Assembly (NCBI GenBank): GCA_036374655.1
Contig: DASUTJ010000078.1
Span: 10,542-74,541 of the forward strand
Direction: 5' to 3'
From: Solirubrobacterales bacterium
Lineage (GTDB): Bacteria > Actinomycetota > Thermoleophilia > Solirubrobacterales > 70-9
Length of the DNA stretch: 64,000 bases
Each line of letters opens with the position of its first letter. Position 1 is the stretch's first letter. Below, one piece after another: positions 54,692-62,299 of the stretch. The position numbers were made by a program, and so were the translations under genes. The notes under the pieces are model-generated. The model was not told where the DNA came from and did not search any database. It saw only the letters and a program-made list of their open reading frames with translations.

Positions 54692-54709
54692 ATTGGACTA
54701 ATTGGACTA
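54692..54709. repeat. Tandem 9-bp repeat attggacta x2 upstream of the small basic protein gene
   Basis: Copies at 54692-54700 and 54701-54709. Adjacent 6-6-6 inverted repeat gtcaca-ccacac-tgtgac. Confidence 0.4.
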
Positions 54710-54743
54710 TTCGCTCATTTGCGAGTGTCCAGACCGCGCGCGG

Positions 54744-55376
54744 CTACTGTCGGTACTTGGACCGCTTCTTCGGATAGGTCCGGAAGACGTGGTCCCAGAT
54801 CGGCGAGGAGACGCCGTAGCCGGCGCTGTGGTCCTGGAAGTGGTGACGCATGTGGTGTTCGCGCAGCCGCTTGGCGAAGTCCGTCTTCGGCACGAAGTGG
54901 TGCACGTAGTAGTGCGTGTAGTCGTAGAAGAGGTAGCCGAGGAGGAAGCCGGCGAAGACCGGGAAGGCGGCGTCGCCGAGGATCGCCCAGAAGCCGAGGA
55001 AGAAGAGCGCCGCGAGCGGGTTCGAGACCGACGGCGGCATCACCAGCCGCATCTTGTCGTTGGGGTGGTCGTGGTGGACGCCATGGATGATGAAGTGCAT
55101 TCGGCGGCCGAAGGCGTTGTCGGGCTCCCAGTGGAAGACCAGGCGGTGCAGCCAGTACTCGGTCAGCGTCCAGACGGCGCCGCCGGCCAGGGTCAGCAGC
55201 ACCAGCTGCCAGGCGGCGTAGCCGCGATCGGCCCCCAGCCACTCCATGGCCACGATCACCGGAACGAAGATGATCGCCGGGACCGCGGGGTGGACGCGGG
55301 AGAAGTAGTTGAGAAATTCGCTTTTGAAAAGTGGCGGAGAAGCGGAGAGCTTCTCGCTACGGGAATGGCCCTCCAT
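54744..55376 (-). CDS. Fatty acid hydroxylase / sterol desaturase superfamily membrane protein
   Basis: Start MEGHSRSEKL at 55376 inside track ORF 54744..55775. 210 aa. His boxes HRLVFH, HGVHHDH and HHMRHH. Confidence 0.8.
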   Translation of the reverse strand: MEGHSRSEKLSASPPLFKSEFLNYFSRVHPAVPAIIFVPVIVAMEWLGADRGYAAWQLVLLTLAGGAVWTLTEYWLHRLVFHWEPDNAFGRRMHFIIHGVHHDHPNDKMRLVMPPSVSNPLAALFFLGFWAILGDAAFPVFAGFLLGYLFYDYTHYYVHHFVPKTDFAKRLREHHMRHHFQDHSAGYGVSSPIWDHVFRTYPKKRSKYRQ

Positions 55377-55511
55377 CGCCTCCGATATTAGCGCTGGGGC
55401 CCCGCGTTCCCGGAAGACGCAGGGAAGCTGTGACGAAGCTGTTTCAAAGAGGTGGCGATTTGCGGAAACGGCCCCCGCGGGTACCCCGGGCGAATGCAAA
55501 TATGCGCGCCG

Positions 55512-55694
55512 ATGCCGCGCAAGCCAAAGCCGCCGACCTGCGAGGACTGCTATTTCCGCAAGAACGGCCTCTGCGCGCTGGAGCTGAACGAGGCCTGCAC
55601 CACGTTTCGCCCCAACCGCCCAGAGGGTCTCGTCCCGCCCCGTCAGCCAGTTCTGCTGATGCGCGCCCCCCGCTGGGCATCCCGTCCCGCGTAG
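55512..55694 (+). CDS. Small Cys-rich hypothetical protein (60 aa)
   Basis: MPRKPKPPTCEDCYFRKNGLCALELNEACTTF: four Cys spaced CxxC-x8-C-x8-C. GC3 is high by hand count. Lies upstream of hsp20-lon. The track ORF begins at 55452. Confidence 0.4.
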   Translation: MPRKPKPPTCEDCYFRKNGLCALELNEACTTFRPNRPEGLVPPRQPVLLMRAPRWASRPA

Positions 55695-55794
55695 GCGCTC
55701 CCGGCGGGTGGCGACGATGCGGGACTCCCGCCGGTAGGCGGGAGGGACGTATCGGAGACAGGACCCGCCGGCCACAGCGCATTATGTTGTCTGG

Positions 55795-56193
55795 ATGCCC
55801 CAGCGCGATCTATATGTCGATTGGAGCCGGGCCAGGTACGTGACCCGGCGCTCGACCGGCTTCTCGCCCAACGTCGACGTCTACTACTGCGGCGACCCGC
55901 AGCGGGCGATCGTCAAGGTCGACCTCGCCGGGGTCGAGCTCTCCGAGGTCGGGATCGAGGTCAGCGGCCGCCACCTGGCGATCGCCGGCGAGCGCCACCT
56001 GCAGGAGACCGAGGGCCGCGTCTACCAGCAGATCGAGATCCCCTCCGGCTCCTTCCGGCGCGTCGTCGAGCTGCAGGTCGAGGTCGACGCCGAGCGCGCC
56101 AGCGCCACCTACGAAGAGGGGATCCTGCGGATCGAGCTGCCGCTTCGCGACCCCAGCGAGACCACCCGCCGGGTTCCGATAGGCCGCAGGTGA
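55795..56193 (+). CDS. Hsp20/alpha-crystallin family small heat-shock protein
   Basis: 132 aa. VDVYYCGDPQRAIVKVDLAGV ... GSFRRVVELQVEVD ... ATYEEGILRIELP. Confidence 0.85.
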   Translation: MPQRDLYVDWSRARYVTRRSTGFSPNVDVYYCGDPQRAIVKVDLAGVELSEVGIEVSGRHLAIAGERHLQETEGRVYQQIEIPSGSFRRVVELQVEVDAERASATYEEGILRIELPLRDPSETTRRVPIGRR

Positions 56194-58577
56194 TGGAGGG
56201 CGCACCGGTCCTCGAGGTGGTCGACTCCCCGCTCGACGCGGAGGACGCGATCTTCGTCAACCAGTCGCTGCCCGAGGCGCTGCCGGTCCTGCCGCTGCGC
56301 GACACCGTCGCCTTCCCCGAGACCCTGGCCCCGCTGGCGGTCGAACAGGAGCGCTCGATTCAGCTGATCGACGACGTCCTCGGCACCAACCGGATGCTGG
56401 CGATGGTCACCGCCCGCGACCCCGAGAACGAGGTCCCCGGACCCGACGACCTCTACGGCGTCGGCGTCGTCGGCGCGGTCGCGCGGATGGTGAAGATCCC
56501 CGACGGGACCCTGCGGGTCCTGGTCCAGGGGATGCAGCGGGTGAAGTTGGGCGGTTTCGTCGCCGAGGAGCCCTACATGGTCGCCCGGGTCAGCGAGATG
56601 CCCGACGTGATCGAGCCGACCCAGGAGCTGGAGGCGCTGAGCCGCAACGTCCAGCGCACCTTCTCGGAGATCGTCGAGCAGATTCCCTACCTGCCCGAGG
56701 AGCTGCAGATGGCGGTCGCCAACATCGACGACCCCTCCGACCTCGCCCACCTGATCGCCGGTGCGCTGCGGATCGGCACCGAGGAGAAGCAGAAACTGCT
56801 CGAAGAAGTCGACGTCGCCAAGCGGCTGCGCCACCTCTCGCGGATCCTCGCCCGCGAGCTCGAGGTGGTCCAGCTCGGCAGCCAGATCCAGTCGCAGGTG
56901 CAGTCGGAGATCGACAAAGGCCAGCGCGAGTTCTTCCTCCGCCAGCAGATGAAAGCGATCCAGGACGAGCTCGGCGAGGGCGACGAGCAGCAGGCCGAAG
57001 CGAACGAACTGCGGGAGAAAATCGAGGCGGCCAACCTGCCCGAGCACGCGCTGAAAGCGGCCGAGCGCGAGCTCTCGCGGCTGGAGAAACTGCCGCCGGC
57101 CGCCGCCGAGCACGGCGTCATCCGCACCTACCTGGAGTGGATGGTGGAGCTGCCCTGGTCGGTCGAGACCAAGGACAACCTCGACATCAGGCACGCCCGC
57201 AAGGTGCTCGACGCCGACCACTACGACCTCGAAAAGGTCAAGGACCGGATCCTCGAGTACCTGGCGGTGCGCAAACTCAACCCCGACTCGCCCGGCCCGA
57301 TCCTCTGCTTCGTCGGCCCGCCCGGGGTCGGCAAGACCAGCCTCGGCAAATCGATCGCCAAAGCGCTCGGCCGCGAGTTCGAGCGGATCTCGGTCGGCGG
57401 CGTCCGCGACGAGGCGGAGATTCGCGGTCACCGTCGCACCTACATCGGTGCCATGCCCGGGACCATCGTCCGCGCCCTGCGCGACGCCGGCTCGCGCAAC
57501 CCCGTCTTCATGATCGACGAGATCGACAAGATGGGCGCCGACTTCCGCGGCGACCCGGCCTCGGCGATGCTCGAGGTCCTCGACCCGGCCCAGAACGACA
57601 GCTTCCGCGACCACTACCTCGACCTCGAGTTCGACCTCTCCGACGTCGCCTTCATCGCCACCGCCAACGTCCTCGACACGATCCCGGGGCCGCTGCTCGA
57701 CCGGATGGAGACGATCGAGCTCTCCGGCTACACGCTGGAGGAGAAGCGGCAGATCGCCCGCCGCTACCTGGTCCGCCGCCAGGTCGAGGCCAACGGCCTG
57801 AAGCCGTCGCAGATCGAGTTCACCGACGCCGGGCTGACGGCGATCATCGAGGAGTACACCCGCGAGGCCGGGGTGCGCAACCTCGAGCGCCAGATCGGCA
57901 CCATCTGCCGCAAAGTCGCCCGCCAGGTCGCCGAGGGCAAGGCGAAGGGCAAGGTGCGGGTCTCCGGCAAGAAAGCGCGCGAGCTGCTCGGTCGCCGTCG
58001 CGTCTTCGCCGAGCAGCGGCGGCGGACCCGGGTCCCCGGCGTCTCCACCGGGCTGGCCTGGACCCCGACCGGCGGCGACGTCCTCTTCATCGAGGCGACC
58101 GCGATGCCCGGCTCGGGCAAGCTGACGATCACCGGCCAGCTCGGCGAGGTGATGAAGGAGTCGGCGCAGGCGGCGCTCTCCTACGTGCGCGGCCACTACC
58201 CCGAGATCGCTCCCAAGCTCGACGACGAGTGGTTCGCCCGGCACGACATCCACGTCCACGTGCCGGCGGGCGCGGTGCCGAAGGACGGCCCCTCGGCGGG
58301 GGTGGCGATGACCGTCGCCCTTTCCTCGCTGATTCGCGGCAAGCCGGTCCGCAACGACGTCGCGATGACCGGCGAGGTAACCCTGACCGGGCAGGTGCTG
58401 CCGATCGGCGGCCTGAAGGAGAAGTCGCTGGCGGCGCAGCGGGCGGGGATCAAGAAGGTGATCGTCCCCAGCCGCAACGAAGCCGACGTCGCCGAGATTC
58501 CCAAGCACGAGCTCGGCGACCTCGAGTTCGTCTACGTCGACGAGGTCTCCGAGGCCCTCGAAGCGACCCTCCCTTAG
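56193..58577 (+). CDS. lon: ATP-dependent Lon protease
   Basis: Start MEGAPVLEVVDSPL at 56193 (shares 1 nt with the hsp20 TGA) inside track ORF 55821..58577. Walker A GPPGVGKTS, catalytic PKDGPSAGVAM and GGLKEK. Confidence 0.95.
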   Translation: MEGAPVLEVVDSPLDAEDAIFVNQSLPEALPVLPLRDTVAFPETLAPLAVEQERSIQLIDDVLGTNRMLAMVTARDPENEVPGPDDLYGVGVVGAVARMVKIPDGTLRVLVQGMQRVKLGGFVAEEPYMVARVSEMPDVIEPTQELEALSRNVQRTFSEIVEQIPYLPEELQMAVANIDDPSDLAHLIAGALRIGTEEKQKLLEEVDVAKRLRHLSRILARELEVVQLGSQIQSQVQSEIDKGQREFFLRQQMKAIQDELGEGDEQQAEANELREKIEAANLPEHALKAAERELSRLEKLPPAAAEHGVIRTYLEWMVELPWSVETKDNLDIRHARKVLDADHYDLEKVKDRILEYLAVRKLNPDSPGPILCFVGPPGVGKTSLGKSIAKALGREFERISVGGVRDEAEIRGHRRTYIGAMPGTIVRALRDAGSRNPVFMIDEIDKMGADFRGDPASAMLEVLDPAQNDSFRDHYLDLEFDLSDVAFIATANVLDTIPGPLLDRMETIELSGYTLEEKRQIARRYLVRRQVEANGLKPSQIEFTDAGLTAIIEEYTREAGVRNLERQIGTICRKVARQVAEGKAKGKVRVSGKKARELLGRRRVFAEQRRRTRVPGVSTGLAWTPTGGDVLFIEATAMPGSGKLTITGQLGEVMKESAQAALSYVRGHYPEIAPKLDDEWFARHDIHVHVPAGAVPKDGPSAGVAMTVALSSLIRGKPVRNDVAMTGEVTLTGQVLPIGGLKEKSLAAQRAGIKKVIVPSRNEADVAEIPKHELGDLEFVYVDEVSEALEATLP

Positions 58578-60094
58578 TGCGCAACCGCTCCCGCGTCTTC
58601 TGGCTTCTGCTCGGCGTCACCGCGCTGGGGGCGGTGCTGCGGTTCGCGACCCTCGGCACGCAGTCCTACCACCACGACGAGATCGTCACCGCCAGCCGGG
58701 TGCTGCGGGTCGGCTTCGGGCACGCGATGGACGCGGTCGGCTTCTCCGAGTCGGCGCCGCCGCTCTACTACGCGCTGGCCTGGCTCTGGACCCAGGTGGC
58801 GGGGACGGGGGAGTGGGGGCTGCGCTCGCTCTCCGCGGTCGCCGGCGTGGCCACGATCCCGGTCGGCTTCCTCATCGGTCGCGAACTGCGCGGCCAGCGC
58901 GCCGGGCTGCTGGCGGCGGCCCTGGTCGCGGTCAACCCGATGCTGCTGTGGTACTCGCAGGAGGCACGGGCCTACTCGCTGCTCTGTCTCTTCTGCGCGC
59001 TCTCGCTCCTCTACTGCGTGCGGGCGATGGGCCGCGAGCGGAGCGAGGAGCGCGGGAAGCGGGACTTCGTCCTCTGGGGCGTCTTCTCGGCGCTGGCCCT
59101 GGCCACGCACTACTTCGCCGTCTTCCCGTTGATCGCCGAGGTCGTCCTGCTCTGGCGCCGCCGCGGCCGGTCGATGCTCCCCGGCCTCTGGATCGTCGGC
59201 GTCACGGCGGCGCTGCTGGCACCCCTGGCCTACCACCAGATGTCCTACGGGCACGCCGAATGGATCGGCAAATTCAGCCTCGGCCACCGGCTCGGGGAAG
59301 TCGCGATCAGCTTCATGGTCGGCGAGATCGGCGACATCATCGGCCGGGTCGAGAGCCCGGAGCCGGCGCTGGTGCCGCTGGCGCTGGTCGCCGCCGCCTT
59401 CGTCCTGCTGGCGCTGCGGGGGAACCGGGACGAGCGGCGTGCCGGCGCGATCCCCCTGGCCGTGGCGGCGACCGCGATCCTCGTCCCGCTGCTGCTGGCG
59501 GTCGGCCCGGGCGGCAAGGACTTCGTCCTCTCCCGCAACCTGCTGCCCGCCCTGGTCCCCCTCCTCTGCGCCGTCGCCGTCGCGCTGGCGGTCAGGCGGG
59601 CCCCCCGCGCCGGCGGGGCGATCGCCGCGCTGCTGCTCGTCTACTCGCTCGGCTTCAGCGTCTGGGCGAGCGCCTCGCCCGACCTGCGGAAGCCCGACTG
59701 GAGAGCGGTAGCCGATCGTCTCGGCGAGCCCGAAGCGCCGCGGGCGACGGTGACCTGGGTGATCGGCCTGGCGCCGCTGCGCTACTACCTCGAGGACGGC
59801 GCCACCCAGAGCAAGCCCTCGGAAGGCGCGATCCAGCTGAAGCCCGCGGAAGGCTACGACTGGCTGGTGCACGAGCTGAACTTCGTCTCGCTCGGCCAGG
59901 CACCGCCCCCGCCCGCTCGCCTGCTCGGCCCGCGCTTCCGCGAAACGGGCTACGAACGGGTCGGCGAGCTGTATATACGTCGATACGAGGTGCCTGGCGA
60001 GGAGCTGGTGCCGCTGCGACTTCGCACGCTCCGCAGCGCGGATACGAACTTTCGAAACAACGGCGTGCTGCTCGACGGAGTCGGCCCGGGGTAG
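58577..60094 (+). CDS. GT39/PMT_2-like (ArnT-type) membrane glycosyltransferase
   Basis: GTG at 58577 shares 1 nt with the lon TAG, in the frame of track ORF 57137..60094. TQSYHHDE first-loop acidic motif, more than 9 TM, soluble C-terminal domain. Confidence 0.72.
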   Translation: MRNRSRVFWLLLGVTALGAVLRFATLGTQSYHHDEIVTASRVLRVGFGHAMDAVGFSESAPPLYYALAWLWTQVAGTGEWGLRSLSAVAGVATIPVGFLIGRELRGQRAGLLAAALVAVNPMLLWYSQEARAYSLLCLFCALSLLYCVRAMGRERSEERGKRDFVLWGVFSALALATHYFAVFPLIAEVVLLWRRRGRSMLPGLWIVGVTAALLAPLAYHQMSYGHAEWIGKFSLGHRLGEVAISFMVGEIGDIIGRVESPEPALVPLALVAAAFVLLALRGNRDERRAGAIPLAVAATAILVPLLLAVGPGGKDFVLSRNLLPALVPLLCAVAVALAVRRAPRAGGAIAALLLVYSLGFSVWASASPDLRKPDWRAVADRLGEPEAPRATVTWVIGLAPLRYYLEDGATQSKPSEGAIQLKPAEGYDWLVHELNFVSLGQAPPPPARLLGPRFRETGYERVGELYIRRYEVPGEELVPLRLRTLRSADTNFRNNGVLLDGVGPG

Positions 60095-60164
60095 GCCCTG
60101 GCTGATCGGGTATGTGTCAGAGAGTTATTCTGGTGTCGGCCACGGAATCCAGCGAGGAGAAGGC

Positions 60165-60590
60165 ATGAGCAAGACGACTACGGCGCGCGCCGGTGACATT
60201 TACGAGACCGCCCGCGAAAACCCCTACGTGCAGCGTCTGATCGAAGACGAAGAGCTGCGCGACAGCCTCAAGGACGCCTTCGAATCCGCCAAGAGCGCCT
60301 ACGGCCGGGCGACCGGCAACGGCAAGGGCACCGTCAAGGCGGTTACCAGCGACAAGAAGGTCCAGAAGGACCTGCGCAAGGCCGCCGAGAGTCTGCAGGA
60401 AGCGTCAGAGAGCCTGCGCGAGAAGCCGAAGCGCAAGGGCGGCATCGGCCGTCTGCTGCTGATCGCGATCGTCGGTGCGGTCATCGCCCTGGCCGTCAGC
60501 GAGGGTGCGCGCAAGGCCGTCCTCGACGCGCTGTTCGGCGCCGAAGAGGAGTTCGAGTACACGAGCACCACCAGCATCAACGGGTCCTGA
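60165..60590 (+). CDS. Hypothetical membrane-anchored protein
   Basis: ATG after GAGGAGAAGG. 141 aa. Charged helical N-terminal region and one TM (IGRLLLIAIVGAVIALAV). Confidence 0.5.
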   Translation: MSKTTTARAGDIYETARENPYVQRLIEDEELRDSLKDAFESAKSAYGRATGNGKGTVKAVTSDKKVQKDLRKAAESLQEASESLREKPKRKGGIGRLLLIAIVGAVIALAVSEGARKAVLDALFGAEEEFEYTSTTSINGS

Positions 60591-60603
60591 TCGGGCCCGC
60601 TTG

Positions 60604-61212
60604 ATGGAGGCAGCGACCAAAGAGCGGGAGCTGAGCGGCGACAAGGCGCAGCGGATCGTCGACGCGATGCGCGAGTCCGTCGCCAAGCGCGGCGCCGCCG
60701 GCTCCACCTTCGAGCACGTCGCCCGCGAGGCGGGCGTCAGCCGCGGGCTGCTCCACTACTACTTCGGCACCAAGGAGCGGCTCCTGGTCGAGGTGGTGAA
60801 GCGCGACACCGAGCTGCGGGTGGAACGCCTGGACGAGCGTCTGACGCCGGCGAAGACCGTCGACGACGTGGTCGGGGCGCTGGTCACCAGCCTCACCGAC
60901 ATGATCGAGAACGAACCCGGCTTCTTCCTTCTCCTCTACGAGCTGTTCAGCGCCGGCCGCCGCAACCCCGACATCCAGCGCGAGGTCGGCCAGCTGTTCG
61001 AGCGGACCCGCTCCCACGTCGCCGAGGTCCTGCGCAGCAAGGACGAGGAGGGCGTGCTCAGCCTCCGCTTCGCGGCCGAGGACGTCGTCTCCTACCTGTT
61101 CGCGCTGGGCGACGGATTTGCCCTGCAGGCGCTCTCCGACCCCTCGCGCGACAGCAGCGGCGCGATGGCGGTCGGCGTCGCCACCGCCAGCTATCTGCTC
61201 GGCTCCGACTAG
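60604..61212 (+). CDS. TetR-family transcriptional regulator
   Basis: Start MEAATKEREL inside track ORF 60475..61212. HTH FEHVAREAGVSRGLLHYYFGTKERLL. Confidence 0.85.
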   Translation: MEAATKERELSGDKAQRIVDAMRESVAKRGAAGSTFEHVAREAGVSRGLLHYYFGTKERLLVEVVKRDTELRVERLDERLTPAKTVDDVVGALVTSLTDMIENEPGFFLLLYELFSAGRRNPDIQREVGQLFERTRSHVAEVLRSKDEEGVLSLRFAAEDVVSYLFALGDGFALQALSDPSRDSSGAMAVGVATASYLLGSD

Positions 61213-62234
61213 AGCCAGCCGGCGCGCTTGAAGCGCCAGTAGAGATACAGGCAGACGGCGAGGATCAGCCCGAGGATCGCCGGGTAGCCGAAGCGCCACT
61301 CCAGCTCCGGCATGTGCTCGAAGTTCATCCCGTAGATCCCGGCGATCATCGTCGGCACCACGCCGATCGCCACCCAGGCGGAGATTTTCCGCATGTCTTC
61401 GTTCTGCCGCATCGAGACCTGGGTCAGGTTGGCTTCCAGAGCGCTGTCGAGCAGCTGGCGGAAGTTCTCGATCCGGGTGGTGACCCGGCGCAGGTGGTCT
61501 TCGACGTCGCGGAAGTACTCGTGCAGGCCCTCCGGGATGACCGCGGAGTCGATCCTGCAGAGCTGTTCCAGGGCTTCCTCCAGCGGCGCCGTCGCGGCCT
61601 GGAACTCGAGCACCTCGCGCTCGAGCTTGTAGATCCGCTCGGTCGGGTTCTGGCCTTCGCCGAAAACCTGCAGCTCGACTTCGCGCACGTCCTCGTCGAA
61701 GCCGTGGGCGGCTTCCATGTAGCGGTCGACGACGTGGTCGGCGATCGCGTAGAGGACGGCGCCGGGACCCTTTGCCAGCAGGTCTCGGCGCTTCTCCAGG
61801 CGCTCGCGGACGGGCGCCAGGTCGGCGTCGCCGTGGCGCACGGTGATGATGAAGGTGGGGGAGACGAAGACCGAGACCTCGCCGACTTCGATCACCTCTT
61901 CGGGGTCGACGTAGCGGGCCGTCTTCAGCACCACGTGGACCGTCTCGTCGTACTCCTCCACCTTCGGCCGCTGGTGGGCGCGCACCGCGTCCTCAACCGC
62001 CAGCTCGTGCAGCCCGAACTCGGCCCCGATCGCCTCGAACTCGGCCGCGGTCGGCTCTACCACGCCAAGCCAGACAAAGGTCCCCGGCTGCGCCGCCACA
62101 TCGCCGGCCTGCTCGAGCGAGAGACTTCCCTCCCGCCGCTGTCCCTCCGAGTAAGCCGCGCAGTCGACGATCACCGGCTCAGCGTACGGCCTGCGCGTGA
62201 CGGCGCTCACGTAGTGACGCGCCTCACAGACCAC
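61209..62234 (-). CDS. corA: CorA-family magnesium/cobalt transporter
   Basis: 341 aa. YGMNFEHMPE (GMN motif) and two C-terminal TM. GTG start is uncertain (alternative GTG at 62210). Confidence 0.85.
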   Translation of the reverse strand: MVCEARHYVSAVTRRPYAEPVIVDCAAYSEGQRREGSLSLEQAGDVAAQPGTFVWLGVVEPTAAEFEAIGAEFGLHELAVEDAVRAHQRPKVEEYDETVHVVLKTARYVDPEEVIEVGEVSVFVSPTFIITVRHGDADLAPVRERLEKRRDLLAKGPGAVLYAIADHVVDRYMEAAHGFDEDVREVELQVFGEGQNPTERIYKLEREVLEFQAATAPLEEALEQLCRIDSAVIPEGLHEYFRDVEDHLRRVTTRIENFRQLLDSALEANLTQVSMRQNEDMRKISAWVAIGVVPTMIAGIYGMNFEHMPELEWRFGYPAILGLILAVCLYLYWRFKRAGWL

Positions 62235-62299
62235 GGCCGTACTCGGGGGAGAGGCTTTCCCTCAATGCACTGAACCGGCAAGAGGAGAGGGAGAGCGGC

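Noticed and set aside
55695-55794. CIRCE or HAIR heat-shock operator upstream of hsp20-lon
   Set aside because: Neither TTAGCACTC-N9-GAGTGCTAA nor CTTGAGT-N7-ACTCAAG-like sequences are present.
56109-58508. 799-aa minus-strand ORF
   Set aside because: Antisense to lon. Low-complexity product.
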